Assembly: GCA_004297625.1 (NCBI GenBank)
Contig: SCTY01000030.1
Coordinates: forward strand, 642-64,641
Reading direction: 5' to 3'
Source of the DNA: Betaproteobacteria bacterium
Lineage (GTDB): Bacteria; Pseudomonadota; Gammaproteobacteria; Burkholderiales; SG8-39
Length of the DNA stretch: 64,000 bases
Shown: positions 38,738 to 47,569 of the stretch, in pieces
Position numbering within the stretch: the first letter of the stretch is position 1
Layout of the letters: the number at the start of each line of letters is the position of its first letter
Notes under the pieces: model-generated
Seen by the model: only the letters and a program-made list of their open reading frames with translations
What the model was told of the DNA's origin: nothing
The model's database searches: none
Made by a program: the position numbers and the translations under genes

Positions 38738-39816
38738 GGCGCGAGGTGCAGGTTCATGCCGAGATCCGCATAGGCTTGCTCGAGACGCGGCAGCGCGCGC
38801 TCCGGCGCGAAGCGCAGGCGCACCGTCTCGCGGCCCGCGGCGCCGACTTTCGCCGCGAGCGCGCGCTCGAGAAGAAGCTTGCGCAGGAGCCGCGAGAGCG
38901 TCGCGACATCGCCGGGCGCGGCGAGAAATCCGGTTACGCCGTCGGCCACCACTTCGGGAACGCCGCCGACCGGCGTGGCGACCACGGGAACGCCCGCCGC
39001 CATCGCCTCGAGCAGGCTCACCGGCATGCCTTCGGCGTACGAAGGCAGCGCGAACACCGCGGCGTTTTCGAGGAGCGCGCGCTTGCCCGAAGGCCCCACC
39101 CAGCCGGTGAATTTCACCGCGTCGGCGAGGCCCAGCCGCTCGGCGTAGCGAGCCACCGCGACGCGGCTGCCCTCGCCCGCGCACACGAGGCGCACGTCGG
39201 GCACTGCGGAACGGATCTCCGAGAGCGCGTCGATGAGATCGAAGATGCCTTTCTGCGGCGCGAGCTTGCCGAGGAACAGGATCAGGTTCTGCCGCGGCGC
39301 GGGCTCGCCCTCGCCGTCCGGAATGCAGACCGGGTTGGGGAGAAAGCTCGCGTTGGCCGAAGGCGCCACCGAGCGAACCCACAGCGCGAGCTGCTGCGAG
39401 GGCGCCGCGACCCAGGCGGCGCGCTCGAGCGCGAGGCGCACCAACGCGCGCGCGGTGGTGCTGCAGGCGTCGTGGAAGGCGTCGAAGCCGCTGCCGTGCA
39501 GGTGCAGGATCACCGGGCAGCGCGCCGCGGCCGCGGCCGACAGGTAGGCCATATCGCGCCAGAAGCTCCCGCGCGGCGCGGTATGCACGTGCAGCACCGC
39601 GCGGCGGTGCTCGGCGAGAAGGGCGGCGAGCCGGCCGAAGGCCTTGAACGCGAGCGTGCCGCGCCGCGCAAGCGGACCGGCGCTGTGCGTGGCGACGTAT
39701 TCGATCGGCCAGCGCTTGAACAGGCCGTGCATCCGGTACGCATCCACCACCGCTGCGATGCTGCCGCGCGTCTCCGGAGCGGCGCCCAGCATGATGAGCA
39801 GACGGTACGGCGGCAT
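38713..39816 (-). CDS. glycosyltransferase, GT-B fold (family 4-like)
   Basis: SYAEGMPVSLLEAMAAGVPVVAT motif. Confidence 0.8.
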   Translation of the reverse strand: MPPYRLLIMLGAAPETRGSIAAVVDAYRMHGLFKRWPIEYVATHSAGPLARRGTLAFKAFGRLAALLAEHRRAVLHVHTAPRGSFWRDMAYLSAAAAARCPVILHLHGSGFDAFHDACSTTARALVRLALERAAWVAAPSQQLALWVRSVAPSANASFLPNPVCIPDGEGEPAPRQNLILFLGKLAPQKGIFDLIDALSEIRSAVPDVRLVCAGEGSRVAVARYAERLGLADAVKFTGWVGPSGKRALLENAAVFALPSYAEGMPVSLLEAMAAGVPVVATPVGGVPEVVADGVTGFLAAPGDVATLSRLLRKLLLERALAAKVGAAGRETVRLRFAPERALPRLEQAYADLGMNLHLAPWPASRAG

Positions 39817-39863
39817 GGTTCCTCGATTATCGAAGGCGCGCGTGATCGTGAGGTGACGCGCGC

Positions 39864-41423
39864 CTAGGCAAACCGGCGGCGTCGTGCAAAGGCGTCAGTG
39901 ACGGCGAGATCGCCGGCGCGGTTGAGCGTATGCAGGCCGAGCAGCCCGCCCCGCGGCAGGATGCGCTCGACCTGGCGCTCGGCGTACTCGTGCGGCGTGA
40001 GGCGCAGCACCCGGTTCAGCGACAGGCCGGCGCCGTAGAGCGGAATGCAGATCTGCGCCGGGCGATACAGCACGCCCGCGCGCCAGAAGAGCTGCCCGGC
40101 GGGGCGCGCGCCGCGCGCGTCCGACTTCACCGGGTTGCGCGCGTGCGGCTCCCAGGTCCCGAGCAGCTTCTCGGCGTGGAAGATGCAGAGCTCGTCGTCG
40201 AACTGCCCCGACCCGCCGGGCCCCGAATTCGCGAACATCCACCAGCGCCCGGCCTGCTCGTAAAACGTCGGGTCGACCAGGCGCACGCCCTCGATGAGCT
40301 TTTTCTCCGGCTTCCAGCGCGCCGGGAAGTCGACGCAGCGATAGACCTCGACCGAGCCGTTTTGCGCGCTCTCGGGAATCATGTAGAGCTCGCCGTCGCG
40401 CTCGACGAGAAAGGGATACGACAGGTGGTAGTCGCGCTCCAGCACCCGCACCGGCGCGGACCAGCTGCCGTCGCGCTTCACTTCGACCATCGAGATGTGG
40501 CCCTTGCGCGCGGCAAACGGCAGCTCCTCGAAGTACACGAAATAGCGGCCGTTCTTCTCGATCGCGAACGGATCGGCCCACAGGCGGTCCTTCGGCGGCA
40601 GCATCCGGACGTAGCCCTTCAAGTCCGGCGCGAGCGCGAGCCCCTCGCCGAAGCGAAAGGCGAGGAACCATTGCTCCACGTGCAGCGCCTTCTCCAGGCC
40701 CCGCTTCAGGGCTCGCGCGCTCACGCTCGAGACGGCGTGGAGAACGTCGATGTCCGAGAACTCGCGTCTGCCGGCTGCGCGCACCAGCTTGCACTGCTCC
40801 AGCCAGCCTTCTCCGGAGCGGTACAGCTCGCGCAGCGCGCGGTACGGAAACTCGGCCGTCTTGCGCAGCAGCCGCGCGCGATTGCGCTCTACCGAGAGCG
40901 GATAGGTCCGCGACCACGACTGGTACGCGAGCCGCGGCGGCGTGCCGCGGCGCAGGCGCACTTTCACGCCCGATCCGGTGACGGGCGCGCCGTCGGCGAC
41001 TTCGCGCCAGCCGGCGAGCGAGTCGGCGTGGCCGCGCTCGTTGCCGAAACAGAAGCGCCACACGCCGTGGCGCGCGACGCCGTCGTACCGGGTGTCGTCG
41101 AGCTCGCCGAGAACGAACGCGACATCGAGGTCGTGCTTCAGCGGATCGGCGTCGTTGCCCGGCTCGCGCAGCGTTGCGAGATCGACGCGCTCCTCGGGCT
41201 CGCCGCCGAACATCAGGCGGTCGACGCGCCGGTAGGCGCGGCGCAGCCATGGCTCCTCGCGCCGCTCGCCGGCGGCCGCGACGAATACGATTTCGGCGAA
41301 ATCCGAGCGCGCGACGCGCTCGAACGCCTCCACCACCCAGCGCGGCTGCAGCGGCGCGTCGGCGAAAAGACCGACGCGCAGCTTGCGCGGCCGCGGCGCG
41401 GCAGCGAGCGCTACAGACGCCAC
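39864..41423 (-). CDS. two-domain protein: formyltransferase-like N-domain plus beta-propeller-like C-domain
   Basis: LRVGLF...DLDVAFVLG...HGVWRFCFG resembles formyl-transferase-N-like proteins. The C-terminal half (ADPFAIEKNGRYFVYFEE, YPFLVERDGELYMIPE) looks propeller/GH43-like. GTG start overlaps the upstream stop. Confidence 0.4.
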   Translation of the reverse strand: MASVALAAAPRPRKLRVGLFADAPLQPRWVVEAFERVARSDFAEIVFVAAAGERREEPWLRRAYRRVDRLMFGGEPEERVDLATLREPGNDADPLKHDLDVAFVLGELDDTRYDGVARHGVWRFCFGNERGHADSLAGWREVADGAPVTGSGVKVRLRRGTPPRLAYQSWSRTYPLSVERNRARLLRKTAEFPYRALRELYRSGEGWLEQCKLVRAAGRREFSDIDVLHAVSSVSARALKRGLEKALHVEQWFLAFRFGEGLALAPDLKGYVRMLPPKDRLWADPFAIEKNGRYFVYFEELPFAARKGHISMVEVKRDGSWSAPVRVLERDYHLSYPFLVERDGELYMIPESAQNGSVEVYRCVDFPARWKPEKKLIEGVRLVDPTFYEQAGRWWMFANSGPGGSGQFDDELCIFHAEKLLGTWEPHARNPVKSDARGARPAGQLFWRAGVLYRPAQICIPLYGAGLSLNRVLRLTPHEYAERQVERILPRGGLLGLHTLNRAGDLAVTDAFARRRRFA

Positions 41424-42754
41424 ACGCTGATTCCCTCGCGGCGGAAGGGCCGCGGGTCGAGCACCGCCTTGACGTCGATGAAGCAGCCGCCCTTCACGAT
41501 CTTCTGCAGCAGCGCCTCGGGCGCGAGCCTGAGGAGCGGCTGGTGCGCGACCGCCAGAATCGTGGCGTCGGCGGCCGGCAGGTTGTCCCATTCGGCGAGC
41601 CGCACCCCGTATTCGTGCAGCGCCTCCTCGGGAGCGGCGAGCGGATCGTGCACGTAGGTCTGCACGCCGAACTCGTGCAGCTCGCGCAGGATGTCGACCA
41701 CCTTGGAATTGCGGATGTCGGGCACGTTCTCCTTGAAGGTGAGCCCGAGCACGTTCACGCGCGCGCCCTTGATGTTGCGCCCGGCGTGAATCATCTGCTG
41801 CACGGTCTTGCGCGCGATATGGCTGCCCATGCCGTCGTTGATGCGCCGCCCGGCGAGGATCACCTCGGGGTGGTAGCCCACGAGCTCCGCCTTGTGGGTG
41901 AGGTAGTACGGGTCCACGCCGATGCAGTGCCCGCCGACCAGCCCCGGCCGGAACGGGAGGAAATTCCACTTGGTGCCGGCCGCCTCGAGAACCTCCAGCG
42001 TATCCAGGCCGAGCCTGTCGAAGATGATCGAGAGCTCGTTGACGAAGGCGATGTTGAGGTCGCGCTGCGTGTTCTCGATCACCTTGGCCGCCTCGGCCAC
42101 GCGGATCGACGAGGCGCGGTACACGCCCGCCTCCACCACCGAGGCGTAGAGCTCGGCGACTTTCTCCAGCGTTTCCGCGTCGTCGCCGGCAACGACTTTT
42201 TTGATCCTGGAAAAACTGTGTTCCTTATCCCCTGGGTTGATTCTCTCGGGCGAGTAGCCGACGTGGAAATCCTGGCGCCAGCGCATGCCCGAGTGCCTCT
42301 CGAGAATCGGCACGCAGACTTCCTCCGTGGCGCCCGGATACACGGTCGACTCGTAGACCACGATCGCGCCGCGCTTCATGTAGCGCCCCACCGTCTCGCT
42401 CGCGGACCGGAGCGGCCCGAAGTCGGGCTGGCGCGCCGCGTTGATCGGCGTCGGCACCGCCACGACGATGAAGTCCGCGGCCGCAAGCTCGCCCGCGTAC
42501 GCAGTCGCCTTGAAGTGCTTCGCCGCCGCCAGCTCGGCGCCCGACACCTCGCCCGTCGGATCGACCCTGTGGCGCAGGTTCTCGATGCGCTTCTTCGACA
42601 GGTCGTAGCCGAGGGTCCTGCGCGCTCTTCCGAAGGCCACCGCCACCGGCAGGCCGACGTAGCCCAGCCCCACCACGGCCACCGTAGGAAGGGTCGTCTG
42701 AACCGGGGAAACAGTTTCCGTCCCCGGTTGGGGCTTCTCTACGACTTCAGGCAT
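41411..42754 (-). CDS. UDP-N-acetyl-hexosamine 6-dehydrogenase (TviB/WbpO-like)
   Basis: VAVVGLGYVGLPVAVAF Rossmann motif, GGHCIGVDPYY catalytic Cys. Confidence 0.75.
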   Translation of the reverse strand: MPEVVEKPQPGTETVSPVQTTLPTVAVVGLGYVGLPVAVAFGRARRTLGYDLSKKRIENLRHRVDPTGEVSGAELAAAKHFKATAYAGELAAADFIVVAVPTPINAARQPDFGPLRSASETVGRYMKRGAIVVYESTVYPGATEEVCVPILERHSGMRWRQDFHVGYSPERINPGDKEHSFSRIKKVVAGDDAETLEKVAELYASVVEAGVYRASSIRVAEAAKVIENTQRDLNIAFVNELSIIFDRLGLDTLEVLEAAGTKWNFLPFRPGLVGGHCIGVDPYYLTHKAELVGYHPEVILAGRRINDGMGSHIARKTVQQMIHAGRNIKGARVNVLGLTFKENVPDIRNSKVVDILRELHEFGVQTYVHDPLAAPEEALHEYGVRLAEWDNLPAADATILAVAHQPLLRLAPEALLQKIVKGGCFIDVKAVLDPRPFRREGISVWRL

Positions 42755-43757
42755 GGGCCACCGCCAGGTTTTCCGCGTACCAATCGATCGTCTGGCGCAG
42801 GCCGGTATCGAGCTTGAAGGTCGGCCGGTAGCCGAGAAGCCTCGCGGCCTTCGAGATGTCCGCGAGCGAGCGCGGCAGATCGCCGCGGCGCGGCGCGCGG
42901 TGCACGGCGCGCGCGGTGCGCAGGTGCGGCAGGCGCGGGACCAGCAGCAGGCGGATGATCTCGTAGAGCTCGGTGAGCGTGGTCTGCTCCCCGTGCGCGA
43001 CGTTGTAGGCCTGGTTGAGCGCCGCGCGCTCTTCGACCGTGGCCGCGAGCAGGTTCGCCTGCACCACGTTGTCGACGTGGCAGAAATCGCGCGAGATGGT
43101 GCCGTCGCCGTTGATGTAGGCGGTCTGGCCGCGCAGCAGCGCGCCGATCCACGCGGGGATCACCGAGGCGTACGCGCCGTCGGGATCCTGGCGCGGGCCG
43201 AATACGTTGAAGTAGCGCAGCCCGATCGACCCGAAGCCGTAGCAGGTCGCGAACACGCTCGCGTACTGCTCGTCCACCTGCTTCGAAAGGCCGTAAGGCG
43301 ACATGGCCTTGCCGGTCCTGTGCTCCACCTTGGGCATGCTGTCGTCGTCGCCGTACACGGCGCTCGAGCTCGCGTAGACGAAGCGCCTTACGCCCGCGTC
43401 GCGCGCGGCGATCAGCATGTTGAGGAAGCCGCTGACGTTGGACTCGTGCGTGGGGATCGGCTTGTCGATCGAGCGCGGCACGCTGCCGAGCGCCGCCTGG
43501 TGCAGCACCACGTCGACCGATCGGCAGGCCTCGCGGCAGGTCTCGAGCGAGCGGATGTCGCCCTCGATGAGGCGGAAATCCAGGTGCGCGACGTTGTCCC
43601 GCTTGCCGGTGGAAAAGTTGTCCAGCCCGATCACCGTCTGCCCGAGCCTGAGCAGGTTCTGGGCGAGGTGCGAGCCGATGAAGCCGGCCGCTCCCGTCAC
43701 CAGCCAGGTCCGCCGGCCGGCCTTAATGCGCTCCTGCAGGTTTTCGTACGTGCTCAT
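42747..43757 (-). CDS. NAD-dependent nucleotide-sugar 4-epimerase (TviC/WbpP-like)
   Basis: WLVTGAAGFIGSHL, SPYGLSK (YxxxK). Paired with the TviB-like gene. Confidence 0.75.
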   Translation of the reverse strand: MSTYENLQERIKAGRRTWLVTGAAGFIGSHLAQNLLRLGQTVIGLDNFSTGKRDNVAHLDFRLIEGDIRSLETCREACRSVDVVLHQAALGSVPRSIDKPIPTHESNVSGFLNMLIAARDAGVRRFVYASSSAVYGDDDSMPKVEHRTGKAMSPYGLSKQVDEQYASVFATCYGFGSIGLRYFNVFGPRQDPDGAYASVIPAWIGALLRGQTAYINGDGTISRDFCHVDNVVQANLLAATVEERAALNQAYNVAHGEQTTLTELYEIIRLLLVPRLPHLRTARAVHRAPRRGDLPRSLADISKAARLLGYRPTFKLDTGLRQTIDWYAENLAVAHA

Positions 43758-44868
43758 TGTTGCTCCTTAGGGTGTCGAGTTCCTTCAGCGTCTGCTCGTA
43801 GCGGTCGACCATCGCCGTCTCGCCGAAGCGCCGCTCCACGGCCGCGCGCGCGTTCGCTCCCATGCGGCCGCGCAGCTCGGGATCGGCGAGCGCGGCGAGC
43901 CGCTCGACAAGCGCCGGCGTGTCGCCCGGCGGAAAAAGAAAGCCGTCGTGCCCGGCTTGCGTCATCTCGGAGGCGCCGCCGATCTCCGACTGCACCACGG
44001 GCTTGCCGAGCGCCATGGCCTCCAGCGCCGAGAGCGAAAAAGTCTCGACCGCGGTGCTGCACAACGCCACCGCGTCGCATGCGCCGACCAGCGGACGCAC
44101 GTCGCGCTGCAATCCGGTAATGACCACCTGCTCTTCGACGCCGAGCCTGCGCGCGCGCGCCTCGATCCCGGGCCGCGTCGGGCCGTCGCCGATGAGCAGC
44201 CCGCGCGCCGGCACGCCGCGCCGGCGGAGCCGCGCAATCGCTTCGACGAGCTGCACGGGGTTCTTCTCCGGGCGCAGCACCGCCGACATGCCGATCAGCA
44301 GCTCGCGCTCCGCGAGCCCCAGCGCCCGGCGCACCGCGTGCCGCGTCTCCTCCGGCACGGGCGTCCAGTACCGGGTGTCCACGCCGTTGTGGATCACGTC
44401 GGTGCGGCGGCCGAACACCCCGCGCGCGGCCCAGTAGCGGCGCTGCGCTTCGCAGACGAACACCATCCAGTGCGCGCTGCGAAACAGCGGCCGGTACCAA
44501 AGCATCTTCAGCCGCTCCTTCGCGGTGCGCAGCTCGGTGGTGTGGAAGGTCGCGGCGAGCGGCACGCCCGCGGGCCTGGCGAGCCAGGCGTACATCAGCG
44601 CGTACTGATTCACCGCGACGATATGGCTGGGTCGCAGCTCGCGTAGATAAATTCGAAGCTTTTTCAACGATTCAAAATCCAGATACCGCCTTGCATCGAG
44701 GCAGCGCACGCTCGCGGCGCCGCGCAGGCGCTCGAGCTGGCTCGGGTCGTTCTTGACGTACGCCAGATGGCACTCGTGCCCGCGCTCGGCGAGGCGGTTG
44801 GCGAGCGTGATGGTGTGCCGCTCGGCGCCGCCGTGCACCAGGGACCCGGTGACGAAAGCGAGCTTCAT
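43723..44868 (-). CDS. glycosyltransferase, GT-B fold (family 4-like)
   Basis: MKLAFVTGSLVHGGAERH, TAVETFSLSALEAMALGKPVV. Confidence 0.8.
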   Translation of the reverse strand: MKLAFVTGSLVHGGAERHTITLANRLAERGHECHLAYVKNDPSQLERLRGAASVRCLDARRYLDFESLKKLRIYLRELRPSHIVAVNQYALMYAWLARPAGVPLAATFHTTELRTAKERLKMLWYRPLFRSAHWMVFVCEAQRRYWAARGVFGRRTDVIHNGVDTRYWTPVPEETRHAVRRALGLAERELLIGMSAVLRPEKNPVQLVEAIARLRRRGVPARGLLIGDGPTRPGIEARARRLGVEEQVVITGLQRDVRPLVGACDAVALCSTAVETFSLSALEAMALGKPVVQSEIGGASEMTQAGHDGFLFPPGDTPALVERLAALADPELRGRMGANARAAVERRFGETAMVDRYEQTLKELDTLRSNNEHVRKPAGAH

Positions 44869-46307
44869 CTCGTGAGCCGCCGGAAATTCGCGGCGCCGTA
44901 GGCCGCGGCGAGCAGCGCGGCGCCGACCACGAGGCGCACCAGCGGGCCGCGGCCCTCGAGCACGTTGTCGACGACGATCCACGCGAAGGCCGCCGACGCG
45001 GCGGCCGTGGCGAGCGCCCACCCGAGCGCGCGCCAGTTCTGCAGCGCGCGGAAAGGCACACCCGTGTGCCGCGCCACGCGGCGCAGCATGATCGAGCGAT
45101 CCACGTACACCGCCAGCACGCTGCCGCATGCGGCGCCGATGAGGCCGAAGTAGTGCGCGGCCGACCAGCTCACCGCCACCGATATGGCGAGCGCGGCCAT
45201 GTTCACCTTCAGCGCGAACGGGCCCTGGCGCAGCAGCAGCACGATGCTGCCCATCTCGATCACCATGGCCGCCATGCCGGCGATGTAGACGCGCATCACC
45301 GGCCCGGCCTCCACGTAGGCGGAGGTGTAGATGATGGTGACGATGTCCTCGCCGAAGGCGAAAGCGAAGGCGAGCATCGGGTAGAGCAGCGTGCCGACCA
45401 TGACGTTGGCGCGCGCGTTCAGGCTCAGCATGCCGCGCACGTCGCCGGCGGCCTCCATGCGGCTCATCGTCGGCAGGAAGGCTTCCATCACCGAGTGGCG
45501 AAAGATGTGCACCACCTGCCCGACCAGGGCGGCGATGGTGAAGGCCGCGAAGCTCGAGAGCGCGAACAGGCTTGCCGCCACCCACTGGTCGGACTGGCCG
45601 CGCAGCGAGAAAAGGCCTGCCGACACGCCGAACGGCGCCGAGTAGTGCAGCTGCTCGAAAAACCGGCGGCGGTTGAACCACGGACGATCCAGGCCGTGGT
45701 GGATGTAGACGTAAGTGAGAAGCAGCGCGAGCTTGACGACCACGGCGGCGAGCAGCAGCCACAGCACCACGCGCAGCTCGCCGCTCAGCCAGGCCGCCGC
45801 GGCGACGAGGAGCGCGCGCAGGCCGGAAGCGCTGATCGACGCGTACGCCTGCCAGCGGATGCGCTCCTCGATGGTCGGCAGGTAGTCGAGCAGCGTCGCG
45901 CTCACCCACAGCGCGACGAAGGCCGGAACCAGCGCGCCGTATTTCGCGAGCGGCTCCAGCGCCGCGGGCAGGAGCGGGTTCCACGGGCTCACGGCGAGCG
46001 CGGAGAGGCCGCCCGCGAGCGCGAAATAGACCAGCGTGTTGTGGACGTGCGTTTTCTTCTGCTTCGCATCGGCGCGCGGCAGGAAGAAGTAAAGCGAGCC
46101 GCCCATGTTGAGCGTCGCGAGCGACAGCACGGTGCCGACCGCCAGCCACAGCAGCCGGTATTCGCCGAAGGTCACCGAATCGAGGCAGCGCACCAGCACC
46201 ACCGGCAGCAGGAAGTTCAGCGCCTGGTCGAACACCTTGACCGTGCCGAGCGACAGCGCGCGGCGCTTGAGGCGCTGGAGCGAGATCGCCTTTGCCGCGG
46301 TGGTCAT
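44865..46307 (-). CDS. polysaccharide flippase (Wzx/MOP-type)
   Basis: About 12-14 hydrophobic segments. GGAGG 8 nt before ATG 46307. The longer ORF is a repeat-derived extension. Confidence 0.75.
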   Translation of the reverse strand: MTTAAKAISLQRLKRRALSLGTVKVFDQALNFLLPVVLVRCLDSVTFGEYRLLWLAVGTVLSLATLNMGGSLYFFLPRADAKQKKTHVHNTLVYFALAGGLSALAVSPWNPLLPAALEPLAKYGALVPAFVALWVSATLLDYLPTIEERIRWQAYASISASGLRALLVAAAAWLSGELRVVLWLLLAAVVVKLALLLTYVYIHHGLDRPWFNRRRFFEQLHYSAPFGVSAGLFSLRGQSDQWVAASLFALSSFAAFTIAALVGQVVHIFRHSVMEAFLPTMSRMEAAGDVRGMLSLNARANVMVGTLLYPMLAFAFAFGEDIVTIIYTSAYVEAGPVMRVYIAGMAAMVIEMGSIVLLLRQGPFALKVNMAALAISVAVSWSAAHYFGLIGAACGSVLAVYVDRSIMLRRVARHTGVPFRALQNWRALGWALATAAASAAFAWIVVDNVLEGRGPLVRLVVGAALLAAAYGAANFRRLTR

Positions 46308-47569
46308 CGGTCGGCCTCCGCCGCCCCCCTGTGAAGGGGGGAGCGAGCGATTTTTGCGAGCGGGGGGTTTGCCTTTTGCGAAAACCAACCCCCCGTTCGC
46401 CTGCGGCTCACTCCCCCCTTGTCAGGGGGGCTAGGCATGAGCGCGTCGAAGAGGTTGCCGTAGAGGCGCAACACCTCCTCGCACGAGTGCCTGCGCGCGA
46501 AATATTCGCGGCAGCGCGCGTTCGGTCCTTCCGTGAAGGCGTGCTGCACCTCGCACGCGAGCTCGTCGAGGTCGCGAGCGACCCGGTGAACCGGCGCGCC
46601 GACTTCGACGGTCGCGACGGTAGGCACGCCGCGCGCCCAGGCCTGCAGGAAGGTGTTCGGCATGCCCTCGTAGCGCGAAGTGTTGACGAACACGCGGGCG
46701 CGGTCGAACCACGGCTCGGCCTGCTCGAGTGGAAGGAAGCCGGTGAACTCCACGTTCGGCACCGCGGCCGCCTGCGCGCGGATGCGCTCGTAGAACGCCT
46801 CGGCGCCGCGGCGCGGGCCGCCGATCAGCACGCAGCGGCGCTCGGGCAGGCGTTTTGCGAGCTCCAGAAAAAGCTCCGGCCGCTTGTCCTCGTACACCGT
46901 GCCCACCCACAGCACCACGTCTTTCCTTTCCGGCGCGGCCGGCGGCGGAGGCCGGTAGCAGCTCGGGATGATGACCGCCTCGCGCCTGTGGACGGCGCGG
47001 CAGCTTTCCGCCTGCGCCGCGTTCTGCGCGACGATGGCATGCGCCTGCGCAAGGCCGCGGCGGTAGAGCCACCGGTCGCGCGCATAGCGGATCTGCCCGC
47101 CAATTCCGGGAACGAAATCCTTGTCGGAGGCGCCCGCGTAGACCAGGCGCTTGCCGCGGCGGCGGCAGAATTCCGCGAGCACGCCCACCCACATGGAGGC
47201 CGAGCGGTAGTAATAGATGTCGGCGTCCACCTCGGCGAGCCGGCGCCACAGGGTGGTGAGCCTTGGGTGCACGAAGCGCAGCACGGGCACGCCTTCGCTC
47301 ATCCGGAACGCCTTGTGGACTTCCACGCCGTCGATGCGCGTGCGCGCCGGCTGCCCGAAATCGAGGCAGATCATCGAGACCCGGTAGCCGTTCCCGGCGA
47401 ACAGGCGCGCGAGGATCGCCTGCTGCACTTCGGCGCCGCCGACGACCGGCAGGCGGGGATCGCGCGCGAGCACCGGCCAGGCATGCGGCGCGACGAAACA
47501 GACGTGCGGCCGCCCCCCCGGGCGTTCCGCAGCCGCGCCGCCCGCGTGCTCTTCGCTCTGCAGGTACAT
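46304..47569 (-). CDS. glycosyltransferase, GT-B fold, with repeat-encoded C-terminal tail
   Basis: RVFVNTSRYEGMPNTFLQAWARGVPTVAT. The last ~44 codons read through the REP-like elements at 46324-46430. Confidence 0.7.
   Translation of the reverse strand: MYLQSEEHAGGAAAERPGGRPHVCFVAPHAWPVLARDPRLPVVGGAEVQQAILARLFAGNGYRVSMICLDFGQPARTRIDGVEVHKAFRMSEGVPVLRFVHPRLTTLWRRLAEVDADIYYYRSASMWVGVLAEFCRRRGKRLVYAGASDKDFVPGIGGQIRYARDRWLYRRGLAQAHAIVAQNAAQAESCRAVHRREAVIIPSCYRPPPPAAPERKDVVLWVGTVYEDKRPELFLELAKRLPERRCVLIGGPRRGAEAFYERIRAQAAAVPNVEFTGFLPLEQAEPWFDRARVFVNTSRYEGMPNTFLQAWARGVPTVATVEVGAPVHRVARDLDELACEVQHAFTEGPNARCREYFARRHSCEEVLRLYGNLFDALMPSPPDKGGVSRRRTGGWFSQKANPPLAKIARSPLHRGAAEADR
46324..46430. repeat. 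composite REP-like element, CCCCCC-N6-GGGGGG family (copy 2 plus extra hairpins)
   Basis: CCCCCCTGTGAAGGGGGG (46324-46341). GCGAGCGGGGGGTT (46356-46369) pairs with AACCCCCCGTTCGC (46387-46400). CCCCCCTTGTCAGGGGGG (46413-46430). Confidence 0.75.
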
